62,413 bases of DNA, taken from the NCBI GenBank assembly GCA_050261575.1, contig JBLNDL010000015.1, positions 1-62,413 of the forward strand, written 5' to 3'. The notes beneath the pieces were generated by a model. The model did not search any database, was not told the origin of the DNA, and saw only the letters and a list, made by a program, of their open reading frames with translations. Position numbers and translations under genes: made by a program. The number at the start of each line of letters is the position of its first letter. Position 1 is the stretch's first letter. This DNA is from Sphingomonadaceae bacterium (lineage in GTDB: Bacteria > Chloroflexota > UBA6077). Below are positions 26,700-35,824 of this stretch, one piece after another.

Positions 26700-26772
26700 G
26701 CAGGGGCAAACCTATGTGTCTGCCCTCCGTGCGGAATAGGCCGCGCGGGCGGACCCGCAGGTCCGCCCCTAC
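26700..26772. repeat. GTAG-family REP doublet (REPIN-like)
   Basis: GCAGGGGCAAACCTATGTGTCTGCCC ... GGGCGGACCCGCAGGTCCGCCCCTAC; related copy at 42281-42353. Confidence 0.75.
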
Positions 26773-26868
26773 CAGTATCGTTGGGGTCTCTCAGCGCCAG
26801 GCCGCTCTGGTTCACAGCAGCGCTGCCCTGAGCCCAGGACTCAGAACTCACAAGGAGGCCACTCCCCA

Positions 26869-27765
26869 ATGGGCGATGAACTCGGTTTTGTCGGCATCGG
26901 CACCATGGGCACCCCGATGTCCAAGCGGCTGGCGGCGGCCGGCTACCAGTTGGTGGTCTACGACGTGAACCCCCGCGCGATGGCTCCCCTGCAGGAGCTT
27001 GGCGCGAGAGCCGGCGCCTCGCCAGCGGACGTGGCCAGACGTTGCAGCAAGGTGATAACGATCCTCCCCAACTCCAGCATCGTCGAGCAGGTGGTGCTGG
27101 GCCCGTCTGGGCTGGCCGAGGGCTTCGCCCCGGGCTCGGTGCTGCTGGAGATGAGCAGCGCGGTGCCCACCAGCACCCGGAAGATCGCCGAGGCCCTCGC
27201 CCCCAAAGGGGTGGCGGTGCTCGATGCCCCCGTGAGCGGTGGCCCGGTCGGCGCCGCGGAGGGAACCCTGGCCATCATGGTGGGCGGTGCAGAGGAGGTC
27301 TACGAGCGCTGCCTGCCGATCCTCCAGGCCATGGGGAAGAACATCTTCCACGTCGGGCCCACCGGCTCGGGCCACACGATGAAGACCCTGAACAACATGA
27401 TGTTCGCCGTGAACATGTTGGGCGTCTGCGAGGGGCTGGTGCTGGGGGTGAAAGCCGGCCTGGAGCCGGAGAAGATTGTCGAGGTGATAAGCAAGGCCTC
27501 GGGCAGATCCTTCGCCCTGGATACCAAGGCGGTGCGCCACATCCTGACTCGGGACTACCAGCCCGGCTTCACCACCGACCTGCTCTACAAGGACGTGGAC
27601 ATAGCAACATCCCTTGGCCGCCAAATGGGGGTGCCGATGCTGGCCGCCAATCTGGCCCAGCAGATCCTGGCCGTGGCCCGGGGCCGGGGGATGAACGCCC
27701 TGGACAACGCCTGCATCCTGAAGCTGCTGGAGGAGGCGGCCGGGGTGCAGGTAGTCCCAGAGTAG
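26869..27765 (+). CDS. 3-hydroxyisobutyrate dehydrogenase / 2-hydroxy-3-oxopropionate reductase family
   Basis: GFVGIGTMG.PM, DAPVSGG, L.IMVGG, K..NN, F......KD. Confidence 0.9.
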   Translation: MGDELGFVGIGTMGTPMSKRLAAAGYQLVVYDVNPRAMAPLQELGARAGASPADVARRCSKVITILPNSSIVEQVVLGPSGLAEGFAPGSVLLEMSSAVPTSTRKIAEALAPKGVAVLDAPVSGGPVGAAEGTLAIMVGGAEEVYERCLPILQAMGKNIFHVGPTGSGHTMKTLNNMMFAVNMLGVCEGLVLGVKAGLEPEKIVEVISKASGRSFALDTKAVRHILTRDYQPGFTTDLLYKDVDIATSLGRQMGVPMLAANLAQQILAVARGRGMNALDNACILKLLEEAAGVQVVPE

Positions 27766-27800
27766 ACGCGCAGACGCGTCCCCCCGTCTCCGCGTCCCTG

Positions 27801-29519
27801 TTACGGGCCGGCCGGCAGCGTGGCAACGGGCGGGGATTCCGGCACGGTGGCGTCCAGCGGAAGCAGGCCAGCCTCCTTCGCGATGTCCCCACCGTTGGCC
27901 ACCGTTATCTCCCCCGCCTTCGCCCAGGGAACGTCCTCCTTCCATCGCTGGAAGACTGCTCGCTGAGCGCGGAGCACCACCGCGTTCCCCATATCCTGCA
28001 GGCTGATCGGCAGGCCGTAGTGGGCAAGGGGATCCGGATCGGCCTCGAAGCGGGCCTTGATCTTCGGGTCCCCATCCAGGATCCGCCAGTGGCGCTCTAC
28101 GATCCGCTCCCAACTCAAGCCCGCGTCGGCGGCGCTCCCCGGATGCCTGGGCGTCTGTCGAAAAGCCAGCAGCCAGTCGTCCTTCTTCCTGTCCGCGAGC
28201 ACGTCGAAGACGTTGACGAACCAGACCTCCCGGCGCTCGGGCCTCCACTGAAGGATGAACTTCTGGGTGGCCTGGGAGATGAAGCCGTCCATGAAGAATC
28301 TGCGAGACACCGGATAGCCCAGGACATCGACCCCGCCCAGCCGCTGGAACTCGCTCCAGAGGAGGACCCCCGCATCGTCGGTGATGCTGTAGCCGTAGGG
28401 GCTCTTCCCCAAGGGAGAACCGTTGGCCTGGGTGAAGAAGCGGCCATTGGCGATGGGATAGTCCAGCTTCCCGCTCACCAGCAGGATGGCATTGGAGGAG
28501 CCCATCGCGGTCGAGTGGGGGAGGGAGGAGAGAAAGGTGGGGGAGCCGGGGGTCTTGGGCATCCGGAGGAGCATCCTCGCCGTGGGGGAGAGGTTGATGG
28601 CGCTGCCTGCGTCGTCGGCGTCGAACATCCAGAAGACCTTCGCCTCCGGATTGTAGAAGTGAGGGGTGGCCGCCACCACCCTGGGGTCCTTCAGCCAGTG
28701 GTCGAAGGCGGTCTGGTAGTACCTGGCGATCGCATCCTTATCGTCCACGAAGCCGATGTAGGACTCTATGATGAAGACCGGCAGATTCACCCCTATGAAA
28801 TCCAGCTCCTGTGCATAGCCCCTATAGGTGTAACGGATGCCCCGGTCCTCGAAGAAGTGGTAGGGGTTGGCTGCCCAGCCATCCAGGCGGCTGAAGATGT
28901 CCGGCACCTCGGCCCTCATCCCCGCCAGGAACTCGAAGTCGTCTATCATTCCAGGACCGGTCAGGTTCGAGATGTCCATGGGGGCATTCAGGATCCGGAA
29001 ACTGCTGCGGACGTCGGAGAAGGTATCGAGGAAGGATTCCAGGTAGCGGGCGTACTCGCGGGGATTGGGCTGCCCACCCCACTCCAGACCAAGGTTCGGC
29101 TCGTTCCCGACGGTCATGTAGACGGGGGAGGTGTGCCATTTCAGGCCGGTGAGGAATCTCTTCCACTCGGCGGGATCGTTGGGCTCCGGCTTCACCCAGA
29201 TGGCTCCATCCATCCGGGTCGAAAGCCGCAGGATCGGGATCAGGTGCAAGCGGTTGGCGTCGTCCAGGAAGCGCTGGATCCGCGCTGGGTCCCTCCAATC
29301 CTCCTTGAGCAGCAACACGGAGACGTAGCCCCAGTCGCCGCCAGAGGAGTTGACCACCTGGGAGACGGCGCTGAGGTAGCGAGTGTCGAAGTGCCGGATC
29401 ACGTTGATCCCCACCTTGTTGTTGGGATAGAGGGGTTCGGCCTGGGCCAGGGGAGAGGGAACGGCCAGCGACGCGGCGAGGGAGAGGGACAGCAGTAACA
29501 GCCGGACGACTACGCTCAA
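27801..29519 (-). CDS. Secreted protein: clan GH-A-like barrel plus C-terminal domain
   Basis: Signal peptide (AQA), GNEPN acid/base motif, PVFIIES nucleophile-like strand, C-terminal GG...LGYP.S.RF....Q..QK..LQW domain; TTG 29519 with GGAGG. Confidence 0.7.
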   Translation of the reverse strand: MSVVVRLLLLSLSLAASLAVPSPLAQAEPLYPNNKVGINVIRHFDTRYLSAVSQVVNSSGGDWGYVSVLLLKEDWRDPARIQRFLDDANRLHLIPILRLSTRMDGAIWVKPEPNDPAEWKRFLTGLKWHTSPVYMTVGNEPNLGLEWGGQPNPREYARYLESFLDTFSDVRSSFRILNAPMDISNLTGPGMIDDFEFLAGMRAEVPDIFSRLDGWAANPYHFFEDRGIRYTYRGYAQELDFIGVNLPVFIIESYIGFVDDKDAIARYYQTAFDHWLKDPRVVAATPHFYNPEAKVFWMFDADDAGSAINLSPTARMLLRMPKTPGSPTFLSSLPHSTAMGSSNAILLVSGKLDYPIANGRFFTQANGSPLGKSPYGYSITDDAGVLLWSEFQRLGGVDVLGYPVSRRFFMDGFISQATQKFILQWRPERREVWFVNVFDVLADRKKDDWLLAFRQTPRHPGSAADAGLSWERIVERHWRILDGDPKIKARFEADPDPLAHYGLPISLQDMGNAVVLRAQRAVFQRWKEDVPWAKAGEITVANGGDIAKEAGLLPLDATVPESPPVATLPAGP

Positions 29520-29809
29520 TGCCGTACCTCCCAGCAACCGGAGGGTGACGAACGGCACAAGAAAGGGGCCGGGGGGACAACGCGGGAAGCCACGGGTTGA
29601 ACTAACCAGGAGATTATCGGAGGGTACCCGCACCGTCAACCCCTTGGGGGGCTGTGGTCGGGCCGAGGGGTACAACTCCGCGCGTAACGGGAGGTGCGGG
29701 CATCCGGCGCACGGAAGGCGAGGCGGAGAGAAGCCGGCGCCGTGGCGCCGCTTCGAAGGCCCCCGGGAAGCGGCGTAGAGTGGCCGCTTCCCGGGGGGCG
29801 GAGCCTACC

Positions 29810-30115
29810 CTACGCGACCCTATCCCGGACCCTGGCCATCACCGGAGAGGGGAGGGAAACGGACCGCAGATTCTGCCGGAGCATCCGATCACCGTCTTCC
29901 TCGCTGTCGCGGAGCCGGAGCCCGGCAAGCAGGAAGCCGACGGCAGCGGCGGCGGCGCCGAGGGTGAGCAGAACGCGGATCACCACGTCCACCGGGGAGG
30001 GCGCGGCGCTCACGCTCGTCGCCAGGGCGACGGCGATGAAAGCCATCCAGGCGGCCCCCAGTGTGAGCGTGGCGAACACGTTGGGAACGTAGAAGTTGCT
30101 GGGGAACTTGTACAT
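29810..30115 (-). CDS. Small two-TM hypothetical membrane protein (paralog of 57077-57340)
   Basis: AAGGAG RBS, two hydrophobic helices, ungapped similarity to the 57077-57340 product. Confidence 0.7.
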   Translation of the reverse strand: MYKFPSNFYVPNVFATLTLGAAWMAFIAVALATSVSAAPSPVDVVIRVLLTLGAAAAAVGFLLAGLRLRDSEEDGDRMLRQNLRSVSLPSPVMARVRDRVA

Positions 30116-30269
30116 GGTCGCATCTCCTTCGATCGATCTTTCCGCCCATACTGTGACATAGTGGACCTAGAAAGTCCAATTCGAAGTTGGCGACGCTACC
30201 ATGTCCTGTGGGTTATGGATCCCACCGCCAGCGCGGCCTCATCCCACCCCGTCGACGGCCTCGGAGGTC

Positions 30270-31721
30270 TCACGGCGCCCCACTCACCTGGATCGGACAC
30301 TCCCAGCACCGCTTCGCCTCACACCAACCCCAATAGAGGTGGAGCAGCCCCTGCTGCCGGCAGGCGGAGCGGGCGACCCGCGGACGCGGCTGGCCGGTGA
30401 CCTGCGCCGCCACGTAGCGGGAGAGCTCGTTGTCCCCGCGCTTCGGGTAGAGCCTGAATGCCTCCCAGACCCGACCGGCGAGTTCGGGCTCGTTCCGGTG
30501 GGCGGACCAGGCGATGAGGAAGGGCAAGAAGACGTTGACCGCGATCTCGGCCGCGCGCTGGCGCCCGATCAGCTCCCTGGGACGGCGCAGGGGAAGATCG
30601 AAGTCGCACCGGCCTGCCCAGTACCCGTGAGGTGCCCCGAGCAGGAGGGGTGCCTCCAGGGCCCTCGGGAGCGACCTCGGATCCGAGGCGCACACCAGGC
30701 CGGCCAGCAGCTCCGCCATCCCCTCCCGCGGCCACCTATGCACCAGGCCGGCGAGGGCCGCGATACGGCGGGTGGGGAAGTTGGCCGGACGCACCCGGAA
30801 GAACTCCCACTCCAGCGCATCCATCGGCTCCGCCGCCCACACGGGGCCGCAGGCGGCCCACCTCGCCTCCAACTCGCGGGCGTAGCCGTCCCACTGGCCG
30901 CTGGAGAAGCCTCGTTGGGAGGGTAGGAGGCCCGCCGTCCCCAGCAGCAGCGCCTCCAGGCCCGGCAGCGATGAGTCCTGCGTCCGGGGCCCCGTCTCCC
31001 GGTACCGGTAGGCCAGCAGGCGATCCAGGGGCAGCCGATCGGCAAGCCGGCCGAAGGGCAGCCGGTTCTGGGAGTAGCCCAGAGCCACCGCCACACCCCG
31101 GTAGAGCAACTGGTCGGGCGAGGCGCAGGTCAGGTCCGCCTCGAAGCGGGCAGCCTTGGCCGCCAGTCGGTCCCCACCACTTCGATCCAGCAGCGCCGCC
31201 AGGTTGCCGTCTTCGGCCGAGCCGGCCCAACAGGGGATCGGCGGGGATGGGTCCGGGGGAGGCGATCCCAGGAGGCTCTCCAGGGGAACCGAGAGGTGGG
31301 AGGCGATGGCGACCGCGGGGACGGGCACGCCGTCCTGCCGTGCTGCGGGTGCCGCCGCATCGTCCCACAGCACCGCCTGGAGTATCACGCGGTTGTAGCG
31401 GGGATCTCGATGGTGGCCGTGCGCCCACCAGTCGGTCGAGCGGACGTGCACCTCCACCTCTCCGCTCCGCAGTCGGGCCCCCGGCCAGGCTATCAGCGCG
31501 CCCGCGAAGTCGGGGCCTCGATCCCACCGCCTGCGGCCGCGATAGACGACCTGGATCTCCTCCCCTCCTGTGGTGGTGAGAGGCAAGGTGAGGGGATGCT
31601 GCTCCTCCCAGATGCGGGCGACCAGCCTCTCCGAGACGGCCGGAGTCGCGGTGGTGCCGGGCCGGACTTCCACGGATGCCTCCCGCGGGGCGAACGTGGC
31701 AGGCGCGAGCCGTCGCTGCAA
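30270..31721 (-). CDS. DUF2851 family protein
   Basis: GPDF..A.I, G.VE.H....DW..HGH..DP.YN.VIL, W.FFR.RPANFP.RR.A, Q.GLL.LY...C....C..C; start uncertain. Confidence 0.85.
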   Translation of the reverse strand: MQRRLAPATFAPREASVEVRPGTTATPAVSERLVARIWEEQHPLTLPLTTTGGEEIQVVYRGRRRWDRGPDFAGALIAWPGARLRSGEVEVHVRSTDWWAHGHHRDPRYNRVILQAVLWDDAAAPAARQDGVPVPAVAIASHLSVPLESLLGSPPPDPSPPIPCWAGSAEDGNLAALLDRSGGDRLAAKAARFEADLTCASPDQLLYRGVAVALGYSQNRLPFGRLADRLPLDRLLAYRYRETGPRTQDSSLPGLEALLLGTAGLLPSQRGFSSGQWDGYARELEARWAACGPVWAAEPMDALEWEFFRVRPANFPTRRIAALAGLVHRWPREGMAELLAGLVCASDPRSLPRALEAPLLLGAPHGYWAGRCDFDLPLRRPRELIGRQRAAEIAVNVFLPFLIAWSAHRNEPELAGRVWEAFRLYPKRGDNELSRYVAAQVTGQPRPRVARSACRQQGLLHLYWGWCEAKRCWECPIQVSGAP

Positions 31722-31793
31722 CGATGTTAGCAGGGATCAGGTTAGAGGAACAAGCTGGAGGATGGCCGGAGGGCTTGCCGATGGGAGGCCGTC

Positions 31794-33641
31794 CTACAGC
31801 GGCGCCTCGTGACCCAGCTCCCGGCAGCGGCGCAGCCAGGGGAGCATCCAGTGGACGCCGAAGACCCCCACGTTATCCGGAGGTGCCTCCTCCATCGCGG
31901 CGACGGCATCGGCGAAGGCATCCCGGCTGCCCCGTTCGCCCTCGCCGATCGCCCCTGCGAGCCGAATCTGCACGGCCCGGTGGATGGCCTCCTCCAATCG
32001 GTGGGCCAGCAGCGCGGCGGGCAGTGGATCCCTCCACCGGCAGGATGCCGCCGCCCTCTCCAGCAGGCTGCCCGCCTCCCTCAAAAGCAGCGCGCCGCGC
32101 TCCATTTCGGTCCGGTGGGTCCACACCTCCTCCTCCGGGGTCGATGGCGGGAATGGGAGGGTGGCCCAGGCGCCGTCCCCTGCGTAGCCGCAGAAGCGCA
32201 GGTGGGTCCCGGCGGCTTCGCCCTCGAGCCGGTAGTAGCGGGACAGCAGATCGCCCGCCGTCTCGCCCGCGACGGCCCTGGCGAACTCATCCACCGCCGA
32301 GCCGGCCGATGCTGGATCCCAGCTTCCCCGCGCGAAACCGTACAGTTGGACGGGGTAGAGCCACCAAGAGAGAGCCCCGAAGACCAGCGTCGAGACGCCT
32401 CGCACTCCGGCACTCCCGTACGCCGCGAGGTCCGAGGCCACCAGCCCCGCGCGGTTGGCAGGTCGCCCTAAGAGGATGGGGTCGCCGTAGTACTCCAATA
32501 GAGATAGCGCCTCACCCCCACGGGCGATCGCATCCCGCAGCTCTCGCATGTAGCCTCGGTTGCGGGGGCAGTCTCCGTCGATGGGGTGGAGGTAGCAGCG
32601 CTCCCGCGGGGCGAAGAGGAGGCGGGCGCCCAGGGGTGCGTGGGTCGCGGCCCCCAGCGACTCGTGGTAGAGCAGCGCCGAAACCAGCGCCCCGGGCCTC
32701 ACCTCGGCTAGCCCCTCCGCGGCGGCGGCGATGGCCCGCCACATCTGCTCGCCCGTCGACCTGGAGCGGCAGTCCGGGCAGCCACACCAGGGATCGTCCT
32801 TGGCGTCGTACGGCCAGAAGTGGTAGAGGTCGGCGGGGGGAAGCTGCTCGACGTAGCGGCGGGCTCCATCCTTCAGCAAGTCGAGCGCTCGCTGGGTGGC
32901 CGTGCAGAAGTTGCCGTCTGGTCGCCTCACCCCGGCCACCAGCCGGCACAGCTCCGGCTCCTCCTCGCGGGCTCCCGCCGGCAGCAGCTTCGGCAGGTTA
33001 TGCCCTCCCAGCTCAAGGGCGATCCCCCGCCGCTCCAGTTTCGGAAGCAGGGGGGCGAGATCGCCCGGCGGAAGCCGGTTGAAGTGCACGAAGAGGCGGT
33101 TCATCCTCATCTTCCCCATCCAGTCCACCACCGACCCCATCTCCGCCAGCCAGGCATCGAAGGACGCGGTGCCCGGCCACCAGGAGAGACAGCCGTCGAC
33201 GAGGCCCCGCCGCGGGAAGGCAGGCACAGAGGTGAGCTCCAGGGCCGGGGGCGGGCCGTGGTGGGGACGGATCGCCTCCCCGCGCGGGCCCGGCACGATC
33301 CAGCGAGCACCCAACGCCTCGAGGAAGGCGTAGGCGGCGTGGAGGACCGCGGATGGGCCGGCTCCCGCCACGGCGTAGCGCCGCCCGTTGCCGTGGACCA
33401 GGATGGCGCCCTCAGAAAGGGACGTGATCCTCGGCAGGCCGGCTGCCGGAAGAGCCTGGTCTGGCGGCCCCAGGTAGACGTCCAACTCGGCATGGGGCAG
33501 CAGCCGGGGGAGATAGCGGAGCAGCTCCTCGGCGGCGAAGCGCACCGGAGGAGCCTCCCCCAGGAGGTGGACGGCGATGGATCCCGCCCGGAGGCCGGAA
33601 GCCTCCGGGTCGGAAAAGGTCGAACCTTCGGCTGTGGTCAT
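31794..33641 (-). CDS. DUF4838-like / GH20-like barrel protein
   Basis: FAAEEL.RYL, LG.RW..PG..GE, P.F..RG, DWMGK.RMN, GHN...LLP, NFC, WC.C..C. Confidence 0.65.
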   Translation of the reverse strand: MTTAEGSTFSDPEASGLRAGSIAVHLLGEAPPVRFAAEELLRYLPRLLPHAELDVYLGPPDQALPAAGLPRITSLSEGAILVHGNGRRYAVAGAGPSAVLHAAYAFLEALGARWIVPGPRGEAIRPHHGPPPALELTSVPAFPRRGLVDGCLSWWPGTASFDAWLAEMGSVVDWMGKMRMNRLFVHFNRLPPGDLAPLLPKLERRGIALELGGHNLPKLLPAGAREEEPELCRLVAGVRRPDGNFCTATQRALDLLKDGARRYVEQLPPADLYHFWPYDAKDDPWCGCPDCRSRSTGEQMWRAIAAAAEGLAEVRPGALVSALLYHESLGAATHAPLGARLLFAPRERCYLHPIDGDCPRNRGYMRELRDAIARGGEALSLLEYYGDPILLGRPANRAGLVASDLAAYGSAGVRGVSTLVFGALSWWLYPVQLYGFARGSWDPASAGSAVDEFARAVAGETAGDLLSRYYRLEGEAAGTHLRFCGYAGDGAWATLPFPPSTPEEEVWTHRTEMERGALLLREAGSLLERAAASCRWRDPLPAALLAHRLEEAIHRAVQIRLAGAIGEGERGSRDAFADAVAAMEEAPPDNVGVFGVHWMLPWLRRCRELGHEAPL

Positions 33642-33650
33642 TTGCTAAGA

Positions 33651-33724
33651 CTAGGCAGGTATCTCTAGATAGAGTACACGTTTCCCGCTTAGAGAAGCTG
33701 ACACGAACTAGAGATGCCCGCTCA
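33651..33724 (-). mobile_element. ~72-bp MITE-like element, copy 1
   Basis: Reverse complement aligns with copies at 38429 and 50360; terminal IR GCAGGTATCTCT. Confidence 0.75.
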
Positions 33725-33904
33725 GGAGAGGCCACGCAATCGCGGCTAAGAGAGTGAGAAGGGGATTATATCACCAAGAAACCCCGAAGGAATCCGCAGA
33801 TGTCGCAGATGCACGCACATGATTGTCGTCCGGATCTGCAGACGGGGAACAACCGCGGGCGTCAGCGCGCGTCCACGCGTGCGCGGACAGACATCTTCCC
33901 CCTG

Positions 33905-35116
33905 TCAGTATAGCCGGTACCTGCCCTGGATCAGGTCCTCGGTCAGCCGGCCGATGGAGGCGAACTCGTCTTCGATAAGCTCTCTCACCCGGCCCGAGAC
34001 GCTCTGCAGGGTCGTCCCCGGCTCCAGGATCAGTTGGGCAGAGGCGACCAGCGGCTGGTCGATAGGCCGGCCGATCTGGCTGCAGAGCCAGACGTACACC
34101 TCACGAAGCCCCGGCACCTCCCTGTAGATGCGGGCGGCCACCCTGTGGCTCAGCAGGTTGTACACCTTGCCTGGGTGGCTGATGGGGTTCTTGCCGGCCG
34201 CCGCCTCGGCCGAGCTGGGTCGGTGCAGGGAGATGATGCCGTTCACCCGGTTGCCCCGACCCACCTGGCCCGAGTCCCCGTCCTCCGCCGAGGTGCCCAG
34301 CACGCTCAGGTACATCCCCTCCGGCCCCCGCCCGGGCTCGTCCAAGGTGTTCAGGTAGACGTGAAGCTGCGTGGTGCTGCCGCGGAGGGCGTCTATGTGG
34401 GCACGCAGTACATCCGCCGCCTCGGCTTTGCGACGGAAGTAGAGCCCCTCGTCCGGAACGTAGCGATCGACGAAGGACATCGCCACCGTCAGGTGGAGCG
34501 TCCTCTCCACCCGAAAGCCCATCACCTTGACGTCCTGGCCGGTCTCGGGGAACTGCTTCTTGAAGTCGGGCGAGTTGAGGAAAGCCTCCGCCTCCAGCAC
34601 GAGCCGCTCCGTCTCCGTCAACGGCGCGTAACCCACGGCCGCCGAGGTGTCGTTCGCCTTGAGGGGACCTTCGGCGTGGCGGAAGATGCCCGCGAGCTCC
34701 TGCGACCCCGGCTGAAGGTCCACCTCGTAGAGGACGTGGCGCTGAGGATCGACGTGAGGAAGATGGGAGCTGATCCACCTGTTGGCCGCATCGATAGCTA
34801 TCTCGTCCACGGCCACCGGCTGGCCATCCACCTCGAAGGTCGCCCGATCGCCGAAGACGAAGCGCATCGGCTTGAGGATCTGCCCGCCCCCCAACCGGTG
34901 CTCGGCCGCGCCCGCGATCAACAGCCCCTTGTCCACGTTGTAGTGGGGGATGAAGCCGAACCGGCGGCGATACTCGTGGGAGAGGGCCTGGGAGACCTCC
35001 TCCATGATGCCGTCGCAGATGGTGTCCGGGTGCCCGATGCCCTTCCGCTCCACGATCTCCACGGGCTGCTCCGACACCGGCGGCGCTTCCAGTTGCTCCA
35101 CCCAAAGGTTATCCAC
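33905..35116 (-). CDS. mat: Archaeal-type methionine adenosyltransferase (SAM synthetase)
   Basis: VEIVERKGIGHPDTICD, H.NVDK, ANDTS, GQDVKVMG, GTSAE.GD.G.VGRGNR.NG, EA.AGKNP..H.GK.YN; GTG 35116 with RBS. Confidence 0.93.
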   Translation of the reverse strand: MDNLWVEQLEAPPVSEQPVEIVERKGIGHPDTICDGIMEEVSQALSHEYRRRFGFIPHYNVDKGLLIAGAAEHRLGGGQILKPMRFVFGDRATFEVDGQPVAVDEIAIDAANRWISSHLPHVDPQRHVLYEVDLQPGSQELAGIFRHAEGPLKANDTSAAVGYAPLTETERLVLEAEAFLNSPDFKKQFPETGQDVKVMGFRVERTLHLTVAMSFVDRYVPDEGLYFRRKAEAADVLRAHIDALRGSTTQLHVYLNTLDEPGRGPEGMYLSVLGTSAEDGDSGQVGRGNRVNGIISLHRPSSAEAAAGKNPISHPGKVYNLLSHRVAARIYREVPGLREVYVWLCSQIGRPIDQPLVASAQLILEPGTTLQSVSGRVRELIEDEFASIGRLTEDLIQGRYRLY

Positions 35117-35319
35117 GAAGCCCCCTCCCCCATCGAAGACGAGGCCCCCTGTGGCCTCGACATGTCCCAACCACGCCCCCAGCCCTTCGATCAGCATCAA
35201 TCCCCATGCCAGGGGAGGCGGTGCTTGACGGCGTCCCCCTATTGGCAGCCATAATGGGCGCCCCGGGAGAGGCGGAGGGTGCAGAGCAGCTACCGAGAGG
35301 CCCGGACAAAGAGGAGACG

Positions 35320-35772
35320 ATGCCGACTACGAAAGAGATCCGCGACTTCCTGGCCCTGAAGCGAATCGCCGTGGTAGGGGTTTCACGCGATCCCAAGCAG
35401 TTCGCCAACAGCGTCTATCGAGCGCTCAAGCAGAGGGGCTACCAACTCTACCCCGTCAACCCCAACGCCCGAGAGTTGGAGGGCGACAGGTGCTATCCCT
35501 CGGCAACCCATCTTCCAGAGCCGGTGGATGGGGCGCTGGTGATGGTGTCGCCCGCGGCGGCCGAGGCGGTGGTGCGAGACTGCCACACGGCAGGGATCCA
35601 ACGAGTGTGGCTGGGAAACGGAGCGGTATCGCCCGAGGCGGTTCGCTTCTGCCGAGAGCAGGGGATATCGGTGGTGGACGGGGCGTGTCCGATGATGTTC
35701 GCCGAGCCGGTGGGCTTCGGCCATCGCTGCCACCGCTTCATCCTGCGCCTCGCTGGGAAGCTGCCCGCTTAA
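35320..35772 (+). CDS. CoA-binding protein (YccU-like)
   Basis: IAVVGVS, YPVNP, VW, CPMM; ATG with GAGGAG. Confidence 0.88.
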   Translation: MPTTKEIRDFLALKRIAVVGVSRDPKQFANSVYRALKQRGYQLYPVNPNARELEGDRCYPSATHLPEPVDGALVMVSPAAAEAVVRDCHTAGIQRVWLGNGAVSPEAVRFCREQGISVVDGACPMMFAEPVGFGHRCHRFILRLAGKLPA

Positions 35773-35783
35773 AGGGCAGGAGA

Positions 35784-35812
35784 CGGGGGTGGGGAATCGA
35801 TCCCCACCCCCG
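35784..35812. terminator. Hairpin between convergent genes
   Basis: CGGGGGTGGGGA-ATCGA-TCCCCACCCCCG perfect 12-bp stem. Confidence 0.65.
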
Positions 35813-35824
35813 CCCGCGCTCGGT

